A model generated the notes under the pieces. The model saw only the letters and a list, made by a program, of their open reading frames with translations. It was not told the DNA's origin and did not search any database. Made by a program: the position numbers and the translations under genes. A DNA stretch of 63,040 nt, the filler included, from Ministeria vibrans ATCC 50519 (Eukaryota > Protista > Filasterea), in assembly GCA_943704425.1 (NCBI GenBank). It is 10 parts of 10 records of this genome, joined end to end, with 100 filler letters (N's around TTAATTAATTAA, not from the genome) between each part and the next. Parts side by side here need not be neighbours in the genome. Positions count along the whole stretch, not along the records: positions 28,823 to 42,486 come from CALSCP010000945.1; positions 42,587 to 45,581 come from CALSCP010002099.1; positions 45,682 to 53,182 come from CALSCP010002206.1; 7 more parts are not named here. One strand, 5' to 3'. Of the stretch, positions 33,133 through 46,053 are shown piece after piece; within the stretch, counting starts at the first letter, position 1, and every line of letters begins with the position of its first letter.

Positions 33133-36100
33133 CTACTGCGGAACATGCTGGTCCATTGCAACCTGGTGATCGCAGTCAAAAAGCATTTCAAAAGTCTCAT
33201 TCTCGCCACCTAAAAAGCAAGAAAGTGAGACAGTGTCTGACAAACAAATCACTCATCGAGTTTCTGTGGCTCTTCACCTTCAAGAATGCGCGCGACAGGA
33301 GTGTACACGGGCAATTTCTCCTTCTCAAGGTACCACTCGGCGTACGCAAGGGCCTTCTTGCGCTCTTGCTGGCTGGCACGGCGTCCAATCCATGCGTACA
33401 CACAAAAGCCCGTGTCAAACACAAACGCATCGTCGCTCGTGAGCAGACTGCGACTGATCTTGTTCCCACTCGCAATCTGTTTCAGCGTCAGATTCGCATA
33501 CTCCTCCTTTTGTGCTTGCTTCCGGGCGTCCATTGCCAGCGCAGCATCCTCGCTGCCCACCATCTCAATCAGCATCCGCTCAAACTAAACAAAAATGAAA
33601 CAACAAATACACACACAATACGATATCGAAGGCATAAGAGTGAGAGAGAAAGAGACCAGAGGAGAAAGGGCAATCTTCCTACCACTCCTGAGGTATCATC
33701 AACCACCCAGGACGTCAGCGTACTGCCATACTGGCGATAAAAGGCCTTCTTGCACCCCTCCATCAGTCCCAAGTCGTGCGCAACCACAATCGCCCGACTC
33801 AGTCCCAGTGAGTCTGTGCCCAGTCCCTTCATTGTGCGGTACAATCGGTTTGAGTAGTACTCCGTCAGGTTGCCTGGAACACATAAAAAAAACAAACACA
33901 CACACACACACACAAACACACATACAAGTATATCAGCCTCGCACTTGATCGTTCACTAAACGGACCTTCTATGACATCAAGCAGAAGTAGAAATGCTTTG
34001 CGATAGTGTCCGCTTGAGTTGCGCACAATCGCTGCCTGGATTCCTCCACGCTTGCTCAGCGTCGCATACGCCGCAAACACAGCGCGCAAATGAGCAAAGC
34101 TGCGCCGCGCAAGAATTTCCGTAAAGACCTGATGGTCACTGCCGATCCAGCGCCCTTCCCCAGCACGGTACAGCGAGCGCGCATCGACTGCCACGCGCTC
34201 TGCATCCACAGGGGCATCTTCGGGTGTACGTACACCCTTAATGAGCTCCAGGAGCAGTGCGCGGTAGTCGCCCTCCCACGGGAACTTGGTCTCGCTCGTG
34301 ACCGCCTCGGCTAGATCCGCTCCGTCGTACATAGCCGTAAACGCCTTCTTGATGTCGCGGATGTGCTCGGGAGTGCTGCTGCACAGAACCTCGGAGAGCA
34401 TCGTCTCGTCCGTGCCCAGTCCCGCCATCGCCTTGTGCAGACAGTACGCGTCGCGCTCTGCCCCATTTAGCAGCAGCAAACGACATAGCCGTCGCAGCTG
34501 TGGCTCCAGCAGTGTCTTACTCTTGATTTCGTCAATCACCTCCTTTCCGTAACGCTTCAAGTAAGAATCGCGAATGGCAATGCGGTCGACAAGTGAGCGA
34601 TGCGCAAGCACACTCACAAGGGTGTCGCTGTCCTTGCCAATAAACTTGTGCAGTGCCTTATGCAGTGCAGACACGTCTTCCCCCGTCAACTCGGGCGACG
34701 CAGCCGCACCGGCCGAGCCCGAGGCCATGCCACTGCGACCAAACCCAGGCACAATGCGTGCCACAGGGTCCTTGGCCTCTGTGCCGTCGCTCAGCGAAAA
34801 CAGTCGTCGGCTCACCGCCACTTCTTCGTCGCAGCCACCCTCCTCGGCGCTCGCAATTGGGCCCTCGCCGCCCAGTGCCTCCCAAAAGACGCGAACGGCC
34901 TCGTCGCCACTGCGTTTGGCCAACGAAAACTCATCCAGCACTGTGACCTTCGGGTTGCCCCCTCGGTCGTCGTTGATCGACTGCACCAGTCGAGTCGCTT
35001 TCGAGATTTCCGCAGCGCCCGCTGACGCTCCATTAAATTGGAACAGGGTCAAACCAAGATCGAGCACAAACACATCTGCAGAGGAATGTGAAAAAAAAAA
35101 AAAAAAGATAAAAATTAGATATGAGATCTCAGGCGCATTTAAGTCGCGAATCACATACCACCCGAGTTGAGCGACGAACGGGCCATGGAAACTTCGCGGA
35201 TTGCCACATTGTGTGTGCGGCCTTTGATTTGCAGGAGACGCCCACGGTACTTTGTGGGCTCGACGTGACGAAACCCTGACTCAATACCGCCCTCGAGAAT
35301 GACCATGTCGGGGAAATGGGCAAGGAACTCGCTCGACTCGTAGCCTTGCACTTCACGGTGTTGCACAGGTGCGCCATCGAGCACGTCGTCGAGCTACCCA
35401 CACACATACAAAAATGTGTAAGATGTAATATGACCAATCAAAAAGTCACAGCAAGATGGCTTGTGATGAAGAGTGACACACAATACAAGATGACTTGTGA
35501 TGTAAGATGACCATACAAAGAATCACAACAAGATGGGTTGTGATGTAAGACGACCATAAAAAGAGTGCCACACACAAAACAAGATGACGTGAGATGTAAA
35601 ATGACCATACAAAGAGTGCCACACAACAGAAACACAACCATGTCCCACACACGATGTGAGTGTGTCTCGCTCAACTCCCGCTTACCTCCACCGTCTTGTA
35701 AGCAGCAGTTCCCATTTCATCTTGCGTCGACTCGAGTCCAAGCCAGAAGAAGACGTCCCATGAGAGGGCAGGAGTGTCCTGAGCGTGGAGGAGAGAGGGC
35801 GTAAGAGAGAATGAGTTGTGTTATGTGTGTGATGCACATTTTACTTTGTTCTTGCGATAAGTGTGCAGAATAATGTACGAGTCGCCGGTGAAGAAGGACC
35901 CATACTGGTCCTTGGGCCATGGCACAACCTATGCCCATGAACAGTGTGTAAGTAAGGAGAAACGTTTGTTTTTCTTTTTTTTTATGTTTTTTTTCGAAAT
36001 CGACCTTAAACTTCTCGATGCGCCAGATGAGCAGACCCTCCTTGGTGCCGGCTCCTTTCCACTGCTCCTCCGACTCGGCAGCGGCCTTTTTCACCTTCTT

Positions 36101-36202
36101 TTCGAGATCAGAGCCCAAATTGGAAATGTTTGATGCGCTGATGTCAATGGTCGTCGCCTTGACCAGGCCCATGCCTGCGGGAGCCGGTGCTGGGATGCTC
36201 AT
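33133..36202 (-). CDS. Severin/fragmin-type three-domain gelsolin with an annexin core inserted in domain G3 (8 exons)
   Basis: G1: [74 protein letters not shown]. G2: RLLQIKG..SLNSGDVFVLDLG. Four annexin repeats (KAMAGLGTDE, RAGEGRWIGSD, RTMKGLGTD). G3 remainder: LTSDDAFVFDTGFCVYAWIGRRAS..RILEGGENETF. Confidence 0.9.
35410..35650. repeat. Degenerate intronic minisatellite (TGTAAGATGACCATACAAAGA..CACAC units)
   Basis: About four to five diverged copies are visible inside the gelsolin intron. Confidence 0.65.
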
Positions 36203-36529
36203 CTCGGAGACGGGATGGTGCAGCGAGATAAACACAACTTGATCTCGAGCAAAACGATTAAATTGAAAGTCGAAACGAATAAGGTACTTTTATGTTTCAC
36301 ATGAATCACAATATTTTAATGCAGCTTGCACAACGATGGAGCGCCCATAGATCATCAATTCCTAAATTCTCTGGTTACAAATACGCTACTTACCACTGCA
36401 AGCGTACAAAGAATTTGAGAAATTCGAAGAGACAGTGAGTTATATTATTCATTATTGGTTTTGTTTAGTAAAGTTTTGTTTTGACAGTAAGTACAGCTTT
36501 TGATTCTCTATTAATTATTAATAATTTTC

Positions 36530-36537
36530 TTATTATG

Positions 36538-36612
<75 letters not shown>
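36530..36612. repeat. (ATT)n microsatellite
   Basis: Directly visible. Confidence 0.95.
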
Positions 36613-36615
<3 letters not shown>

Positions 36616-36632
36616 TTCTTTTCTTATTATTA

Positions 36633-38134
36633 TTACACCTTTTTCCCCAGCTCAATCACCTTGGCCTCAAAAAACGAAGTGATCTCACGGAAATTGGGTC
36701 GCAAGGAGGGGTCTTCTTCGCCGGTGCGTCGCATCAGCTGCACGACCTTGGGATCAGCATCGTGAGGAAAGGCCAGTCGCTGACCGCTCAGCACAAAGTC
36801 AATCACCTGCCAGGCATGCTCACACTCCACGTCATAAGGCACCATGCGCGTCATCATCTCCCACACGCACACTCCATACGCCCATACATCCGCCGACGGA
36901 CCATACGGCCGCTCCTGCAACACCTCTGGCGCCATCCACAACAAGGTCCCTTGCTTCTGCGTCAACACAGGATCGACTGACCGCATCAAATCACTCTCCT
37001 CCTCTTCTTCTCCCTGCTCCCCCTCCTCCTCCTTCTCCATCTCTTTCTCCTCTTCGCCCCCAGCCGTCCCTCCGTGCTCCAACAGCGCCGCCGTGAGACT
37101 CTCTCCCGCCCCATCATCCACAAAATGCACATGCTTCTTCTTCCCTTTCCCCTTCTTCGTTTTCTTTCCCTTCTTCCTCATCGTTCCCCACCGCTCCTTC
37201 ATCCCAAGTAGACCCGCACTTCCATTGCTCACGCGCTGTGCCTGACGTACTTGTCCCGCAAATATTCGAGCGGTTCCCTACATTTTGACATTCGCGTCAA
37301 GGGTCATTTCACATCCAATAACAACACTCCTTACCAAATCCCCAATTTTCAACACATAATTCTCATCAACAAGCATATTGGGCGACTTAAGATCACGATG
37401 AATAAACGGTGGATTCTGACTATGCAAAAACAACATTCCCTAAAAAAAAATAGATTAATCTGACTGAGAGGGAGACAGAGACAGAGAAACAAATCATTAC
37501 AAAGAGACAGAAACGAAGTGATAGAGAAGAGGGTGAAATAAACAAACAAAAAGGAGGGTGAAATAAACAAACAAAGAGGAGGGTGAAATAAACAAACAAA
37601 GAGGAGGGTGAAATAAACAAACAAAGAGAAGGGAGAAAAAAAGGGGAGGAAGAAAGAAAGAAATTAAAATGAGAAAACCCAAAGTGAAGAAAGAAACAAC
37701 CAAAGTGGAGGGAGAAAAACCAAAGTGAAGAAAGAAAGAAACAAAAAAAATATTCATACTCTGGCAGCATGCAAGGCAAAGCACATGCGCATATACACAG
37801 TCAGCTCGTGCGCCGTATCCTTGAGCAGCTGACTCAGTGAGCCCCGTGCCATCAGCTCCACTGCCAGAAACGGCACGCGTGTCGTAGCGTTGTGTCCCGC
37901 TCCATAGAAGAACACCACATTCTATCATTGCACATCACACATCAGAGTTTTTTTGTTTTTTTTTTTGAAAAGTGTTACTTCATGTCGGAGAGAACGTAAA
38001 TGTTCAATCTCGTTTGAAAACTCAATTTCACTCTGATCATCTGATTCCATGACTGCTTCCTTCAACTAAACAACACACACAATCAAAACATAATCGTATT
38101 AATGTCTCTCTCTCTCTCTCTCTATCACTTTGTT

Positions 38135-38187
<53 letters not shown>

Positions 38188-38955
38188 AACTCTCTCTCTC
38201 TCTCTCTCTCTCTTGAACTCTCTCTTGAACTCTCTCTTGAACTCTCTCTTGAACTCTCTCTTGAACTCTCCTCTCTCTCTCTTCCTCTCTGTTTCGTCAC
38301 CTTCTTCACTGCGACCGGTCGTCCGGCCCACTGACCCTTCCACACCTCGCCAAATGCCCCTTCGTCGAGCTTCTTCTCCCAGACAATGTCCTCTTCGTTA
38401 ATAAGCCACGACCGTTCCAGGCGCTCCACCTGCTCCTCGCGCACCACCAGCTCCTTCTGCACTCCCGCCAGCATCGTCGCATTGGTCACGGCTGTCCTAC
38501 GCAGCCGTCGTAGCTGCACAAGCCCCAGTACCGCCAAGAAAACCGCAAACAACACTATGGCTGCAATGCCTAGCCACGGCAGACGACACTGATCCGATGC
38601 AAGCCAGCCAAACGAACAGGCACACGTCGTGACACCGCCCCCAATGCGCTCTGCTACAATCGAACACTCTCCATGGCCGTGACACACGTTGGGCACACAC
38701 TGATTGCAGTCAAGAACAGACACGCTGCCCGCGTGCGAAGTGGTAGCATCGCCAGCACACACTGTGCACACAGATGCACCCACAAAGGCGTAACTTCCAA
38801 CCGTACACAGCTCGCACATACCCTGCCCAATATTCGCACTAACAGAACCTGCAGGACACCCCACTCGCGTTCGATGGAGGGCAGCGCCGTCAAACACATA
38901 CAACTCGGGCAGCGCATTTGCACTGCTGCCGTTGTTGGCATCCGATGCAGCATTA

Positions 38956-38988
<33 letters not shown>

Positions 38989-40069
38989 AAAGGAGGAAAT
39001 AGCATAGCGCCGCCGATCCATGGCTGGTTATTCACCGTGGGAAGCAGCAACCAGTGATTCTCAGCAACGCTGTACATATACAGAGTGTCGTACACATGTG
39101 ACGAGTGCATATTGCATCCGCCGCCAAACATGAAGATGGTACTGCCATATGCTGCGTACGAGGCAAGCGACAAGGGAGGCGGTAGGTCACCGGTGGGCGA
39201 TTGTCGCGTCCACGGGTTTGGTGGTGCGCCAGTACTCACTTCGAGGGTCCACAGATCGTCGTAGCACGTGTAAAGGCTGCCGACGTACGTCTGTCCGCCA
39301 AAGAGCACCAGTAGAGTCTGGTCGGGTACCAATTGGATCGCCTGTAACAGTGCACTCTCCCGCCCCGATGGCCCTTCCTGCGTCATCAACGTCCACGTCT
39401 CGCTCAGCACATTGAACGACCAGGTACGATTAGAGAAGTACGACAGGTCACCTTCGTAGCAGCCAAGCAGCGAGAGACAGCCGCCAAACAAGTAAGCTTC
39501 CAAGGCACCATCGCCCATCGCCATACTCATCACCCCACCGCTCGAGGGTGGCGGCCACACTGCTTGGGCACTGGCTGGACGGATTGCTATCCACTCTTGA
39601 CGCTTCACATTCAACTTGGCCATGTCGTTGCAGAAGAGAAATGTCGCAAACGACTCGCATGAGCCGCCAAACAGGTAGGCGTACTCCCCATAGGCAAAAG
39701 CGGCGCCATAAGCGCCCGCACCAAACGCTTCGTTGGTCGTCGTGACCGTCACCCACGAGCCCTCTGTCGCATTGAACATCCACGTCACATTAAAACTATC
39801 GACAATGCTGGCGCCATACACACCACCAAACGTCACAAGGGTGTCTCCAACCTGCGTCACAAAGGCCCCCGACTCCACCGCAGGCGCGGTGGGCGGCGCA
39901 GCCTCCTGCCACGGGTTCACCACCGTCTGGTCAAGAAGCCACGTGTCGCTCGTGGGCTCGGGCGCGCCAAACGCAACTCCGCCATACACAAACACCGCTC
40001 CTACACATGAGAATATAACATGAGAGTAATAAACACATGAGAAAAATAAAATAATAAAAATATAATAAT

Positions 40070-40154
<85 letters not shown>

Positions 40155-41262
40155 CCCTCCAACTTATCCGCAACTAAGACGTACCGACTAGGTTGGAACG
40201 GGATGGAATGGCAGCCGCCGAGAAGGCGCTGCGGCCACGAGGTCCACGGAACGCCCCCAAAGACAGTTGTCGCCAGGTCAGAGACGACTCTTCAAACTGA
40301 TACACGGGCACAGTGGGTTGAAAGGCGTTGCTGAGAAGAAGAACTCCAATCTATATGCAAAGCCCAATTAGAACCAGAGGCGTAAAGTGGCAACGAGAAC
40401 AAACAACAAGACATATCCTTTGTACTCTTACCTTGTCAACATGAAGAGCAAGGGCAAAGCTGACAGGTTCGTCGGCGGAGATGACACTCGAGTTGGAAAC
40501 AAAGGACCACGAACTGTTTTCAATGTGAAAGAGCCACGTGTCTGTGAGCGTGGCGGTCGTTTGAATGTCAAAGGTGGCGCCACCATACAACAGGAGGGTG
40601 GACGCAGACACGGGCGCCATAGCGCTGGAGACGCGCGCTTCCGGGTTAAGCGTGCTATTAGGCATAATCTGGGTCCACGTGAGTGTGTCCGCACTAAACT
40701 TCCACATCTCGTTGGTGCCCTGGCCGAAGACAGTCGTGCCGCCAAACGTGTACAGTGCGCTGCGATCGAGAGCGGTGCAAAATCCCGAAAACGACGCGGT
40801 TAAGGGCCATAGACCCGTAGAACTCCCCATGGGGCTCCAGCTCACAACAATGGATGACGCTGGAGGAGGCGTGAGGATCCACAGCTCTCTGGTGAAGTCT
40901 ACGGAGCCACTTGACGTCTCGGCGATTCCGCCCATCAACACGATTTTCGCAACACCACCAATCACGAGCGTCTCCATGATTGCACCCTCGCGACCACTCG
41001 GAGCGAGGGCGCCTTCGTTGACGTACATCCGTTGCCAGGCGCTATTGTCGATATTGAAGCGCCACAGGCCGGCTGGGTAGCTTCCAAGATTGCCGTCGCC
41101 GCCAAAGACGAACACAAACCGTCCAATGGCGGCCGCGACTGCACCCTCCCGGGGCGGCGGCGAAAATGGAACAGGGACAACAGTATCCCAGACATTAGCG
41201 ATCGCTTCGGCCGCAGAGACCCTTGCGAGAGCGACCAGCGCCAAAAGGTAAATTCGGAGCAT
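36633..41262 (-). CDS. Receptor-like TKL kinase: signal peptide, kelch beta-propeller repeats, Cys-rich/EGF-like segment, single transmembrane helix, kinase
   Basis: Signal [17 protein letters not shown]; repeated kelch motifs (VFVFGG, LYTFGG, LLLYGG, AYLFGG, IFMFGG); CHGHGEC..CACSFGW..C; [22 protein letters not shown]; [45 protein letters not shown]. Confidence 0.9.
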
Positions 41263-41412
41263 TTCGATCTCTTCGGCAGGTATCGCACTCGATCCTCTTC
41301 ACACCAGAAGCAGACGACCTGCAAGTGTAAGGGAGACTGAGTCGAGCGTAAACGATCAATAAGAAGAATAAACTAATAAGAAATTGACTTAATGACTTTT
41401 ACTTATACTGCA

Positions 41413-42155
41413 TTAGTTTACAGGTTCGTGCATCGTTTTGGTCGCAAGAGCATTCAGACGTCGAATATGGTCGACAGGAATCGAGTCCATTCGCATTTCG
41501 TAAATGGTCCTCAGCGTCTTGGCAGATCCCTACAAAATAGAGACCCACCAATAGTAAGACGGACGACCTTTGTTGTTTTTGGCATGTTCTCGGTACGTAC
41601 GTGAATGGAGAAGGGTGGCGCAACGACGTCGCCCGATGAGAGATCGTTCTCTTCGGGCTCGCCCCCGCCAGCCAATTCTGCCGCTGCTGCCGTCACATTT
41701 TGACGACGTGTCGCCTCGGCATCAAGTGCAGTGATGAGAGGCGCGGCATTGACAACGAGAGGCGGACGGATGGCGGAAAAGAGAGCGGGACGGTGAGGGT
41801 TTGCGCCACAGAGTGCAATGAGATGACAAAGAGTGCTCACGAGCTGGCGCTCGAGTGTCTGTTGATAGTGAAACTCTGAAAGCTCGGCAACTTTGTCGGG
41901 ATCGAGAGTGGACAGAGAGAGGGTAAGTGCCTCGACAACAGCCGCAAGTGCAGACGACGAGGCAAAGAGCAGAGGAGACGCGACAAGATTGACAGCAAGC
42001 GTGGCATTGATGCGCACTTTGAAGTTGCGACAGTCTAGAATGGTTGAGGACAGCGCAGTAAAGACGGGCGCAGACCAAGGAAGGGCAACAGGAACAGAGG
42101 GTGCACGGAACGCCGAAAGTGCCGTTGCAAGTGCGTGCGCTGCATTCCATCGCGT
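41413..42155 (-). CDS. HEATR6: HEAT-repeat protein 6 homolog, last two exons (5' part lost at the contig edge)
   Basis: The exon from 42155 reads TRWNAAHALAT..PWSAPVFTALSSTILDCRNFKVRINATLAV..EFHYQQTLERQLVSTLCHLI. This matches the HEATR6 C-terminal pattern as I recall it (RWNACYA..PW....L...C.NFKVRI..EFKY...L..Q). Confidence 0.75.
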
Positions 42156-42234
42156 CTAAAAAGTGAGTGAGTCATTGAGTGCCACGTAAAGGCAGTACAA
42201 GCAAATCAGTGTCAAGTCTCTCTCTATTACTTTG

Positions 42235-42272
<38 letters not shown>

Positions 42273-42328
42273 CTTTGTTTCTTTCTCCTTTCTCTCTTTC
42301 TCTTTCTCTCTCTCTCTCTCTCTCTCTT

Positions 42329-42411
<83 letters not shown>

Positions 42412-42626
42412 AACTCTCTCTCTCTCTCTTGAACTCTCTCTCTCTCTTGAACTCTCTCTCTCTCTCTCTTGAACTCTCTCTCTCTTNNNNNNNNNNNNNN
42501 NNNNNNNNNNNNNNNNNNNNNNNNNNNNNNTTAATTAATTAANNNNNNNNNNNNNNNNNNNNNNNNNNNNNNNNNNNNNNNNNNNNCCCGTCCCTTATTA
42601 TAGTAGCTCGGTGACGTGGTAATACC

Positions 42627-45252
42627 ATGTCTGGAAACGGGATTCCATGTCGACCTCCATCGGCATCTGCAGCCACGACACAAAATGAGTCTCATTCGCG
42701 CCATTCAGCGTCAACATCGCTCAACCTCACTTCTGAGGACACCTCTGCCATCAACGTCAACAAGGACTCTGGTTCTACTTTTATTTCACAAGGTACGAGT
42801 ACCCTTGCTGCGCACGATGGATACAATGCCTTCGCATGGCTGTGCGTGAACTCCAGTTTTTAACCGTTATTTTTCTTTGTCACATTGCTTTTGCACAATA
42901 AGAAGAGCGATATCGCTTACGCCGTCTCCTATCACACTTATAGAACAGGAAGATGAGGTTGCGTTGGAGAAACGGCAGAAACACACCACGTATGTGCGAG
43001 AATGGCGTCGTAGAAGTGGTAGAGTTCATCGTGACAAACCTGGCCGACCACCTATCTGCACTCCAGAGCGCGCGACTGCCGTCATGTCGCGCATCAGTGC
43101 ATCTGCCAACAACGACAGAGCGTTAGTTGCCCGCGATCAGATCAAATTGGTTGTTGAGGCGTCTGCCGGGGGTGTTTTAGCTTCACACAGTCGCCGACGT
43201 TTCCACCAACTCCTCTCGCCCCTCATCACCTCCAGACCTCCTGGCGCACCCGCTGTGGCTTCAAAGAGCCTCTTTCTCAGTGTGAGCGGCACCGCTGATG
43301 CGTACGAGCCGTTCATTAGCGAAGTTGCACATCAACAGCCTGATGGGCAAATGCGTCTCTCTGACTTTCTATTGTTTGACGAGACAAGTATTCCCCTGTC
43401 GCCACCGAAGTGGTACGAAAAGGCTTCTCGCCTTGCTGTGCCTGCCGATGACTCGCACTTTCGGACGGCACGCCCAAAGACACTCATATCCATGCTGGGC
43501 ATGAGCAGCAAGTCCGCAACGACTGCCTACTTCCTCACAGGGGAAGGTGACCTGGTCGGCCCACCTGCCGTCATTCTCCCGCGAGCCTCGCTCTCAGCCA
43601 ATGACTTCGAGGGCCCCCGTCCCGAGTGTATCACTGTGGAGCAGTTTGACAACGTGTGGGTTGCTGGTGCGAGCGAGGGTGGCTTCCGGACGGACCTCTT
43701 TGCGAACTTTCTCATCCACTTTCTTCAACATTTGCCCGACGCTGGTGACCGACAGCGTGTGCTCATTCTCGATCGTGCTGCCGTCCACCTGGCGGCTTTC
43801 GACCGCGAGGACGTGCGCAACGCACTCTACGACAAGAGGGTCAACTTCTTCCTCCTGGCAGGTGGTGTCACGGGCGCTCTTCAGCCACATGACGCAGTGG
43901 TGTTCAACAAATTCAAGAACAAGTTCCGTCTGCTCATTAGTCAGGTGAGTGAAGTCGTGTCGTCGCCGGCTGCCTACCTCAACAACGAGTTTAAGCTCTG
44001 TCGCAACTTCTCCAACGTCGAGCCGTTCGAGAGGTTCGTACAAACGCGCGATTACGACTCAGTTGTGCGCAACATCCAAGGTCGTCTTAATGGCTTCTCT
44101 CCTGTCCTCAACACCAACCAGCTCATTGTGCATATTCTTGCCGCCCTGCGTGAAATTTCCCCTCTTTTGAGGGAGAGAGTTCCTCAGGCAATGTATCTGT
44201 TTGGTTACCACCCCTTCAACCGCGACAACATGCTCAACCGCGTGAAAGATTCCTCCCTTCGTTTTTCTGAGGCTTTTCACCGACACACGCACCCCCACAA
44301 AGACCCCTCACCAGAGCCCCACAACACCTCGGGAGCAGGGGACGCTGTCGTTTCACAACACACGACAACTCAACAAGACCCCCATATGGTCACAATCGAC
44401 ATTGCACGATCGCAAGTGGTGTTTGACCTGCCACCAGTGATCCACACCAAACTTTCCACCATCCAGAACAACGACGAACTTGCCGCCAAGGTCATCTCCA
44501 TCGACATGATCAACCACATTCACGAGGCATTCGTGGCAGCAGACGAGGGCCGTGGGTCATTCATGGACGTCATTCGCCTCGCGTCCACCTTCTCCCGGTC
44601 GGGCAGTGCCACATACAATGCCACTGTGCCTCAACAGCGAGTTGACATCTCACCCAACGGTCACCACCTCGGTCCCACCGCCATGCACACCAGTGAGATC
44701 CTCACTGCACTCAAGAAAGATGCCCCCGACGCACGTAAAGGTCCGCGACACCCGGCGGAGGGTCAACTCGTCGAAGACCACAAAAAAAAAATCACCGAAA
44801 AAAATCAGGCAAAGGTTCAAAAAAACAAAAAACAAATCAGGACGGAAAATAGCATTTTCTCTTCAAGCAGCTTGTATCGTAAATATGGCGACTGTGACTT
44901 GTTGGCATTATAGTCTAATGCATGTGATCTTATGATATAGAAGGAAAAAGACGAACGAAAGCGCAAGAGAGGCGAGCAAGGCAAGGCAGGAAAAAAGGTC
45001 GGTCGTCCCCGCAAGCGACCCCGCAATAACGACCCGCCCCCGACGCACGAAGACGATACAGATGACAGCGACCTCATCGGTGAGGAAGATCATGGCGTCA
45101 ACCCTTCAGCCATGCGTCGAACGTGTCACGCGGATGAGCGCCTTCCTTACGTTCGAAGTCGCCGTGTTCGATCATTTGACGCCAAAAAAACTTCTCGCAC
45201 TCTTTTCCACAACTACGCGGATCTCGACTCAAATGGATTTGACGTATCTTAA
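42627..45252 (+). mobile_element. pogo/Fot1-like (DDE_1, IS630-Tc1-mariner superfamily) transposase gene, probably with 2 introns (about 42792-42942 and 44815-44940); no termini identified
   Basis: Catalytic triad FLLFDETSI / VLILDRAAVH / LQPHDAVVFNKFK. The predicted last exon encodes KKVGRPRKRPR and stops at 45252. Confidence 0.75.
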
Positions 45253-45681
45253 ACGAATACAACACACATGTACCCTTCTATTTATAAGAATATCAGCACT
45301 CATTGTGCCCATTTACAGCGAGCAGCCGTGTGTGTTAAAAAAGGAGACTTTTCGACCAGGTTTTAAAACGACAACACCCAAGGCCTCTACGGGGAGTACT
45401 GGGACTTTTCAGTGCTGCACTATTGAGCTCTGGCAGTAATAACTATAATGAGTAGGAAGCTGGTCACTGTCACTGCCAATCAGCAAAAGAGACGAGAATC
45501 GAAACACAAGCGAAAACAACAAAAACCGGTTGTCAACAATTCTCTCTCCTTTCGAGCACCCACCATTCCTTACATCGATACNNNNNNNNNNNNNNNNNNN
45601 NNNNNNNNNNNNNNNNNNNNNNNNNTTAATTAATTAANNNNNNNNNNNNNNNNNNNNNNNNNNNNNNNNNNNNNNNNNNNN

Positions 45682-45986
45682 CTTGTGGTTGAAGGAGACC
45701 TGCGTCTGCGAGAGGGACACCACAGTCACATGGCCAAAGGCGTTGTTGCCGTCCGTCTGTTGCGTCAGAACAATGCCCGTAGGGACCCCTGACAGAACAT
45801 ATATACTTTAGTAATTAGTAATGTTTTTATATCGCAATGCGAGTGTCGAAACTCAGTCACATGCGTATGCATGCAGACGTTGAAAATCAGCCCAATCGCT
45901 GTATAATTACTCTTGTAAGCCGCAGAATCAAGATTCTACTCGTTCAAGGCCCCTTTGGCCGGTCAAATATGTGTGTGTGTGTGTGT

Positions 45987-46053
<67 letters not shown>

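Noticed and set aside
45380-45400. Possible transposon right end (CTACGGGGAGTA)
   Set aside because: No matching inverted repeat is present at the left side, where the contig is truncated, so it cannot be supported.
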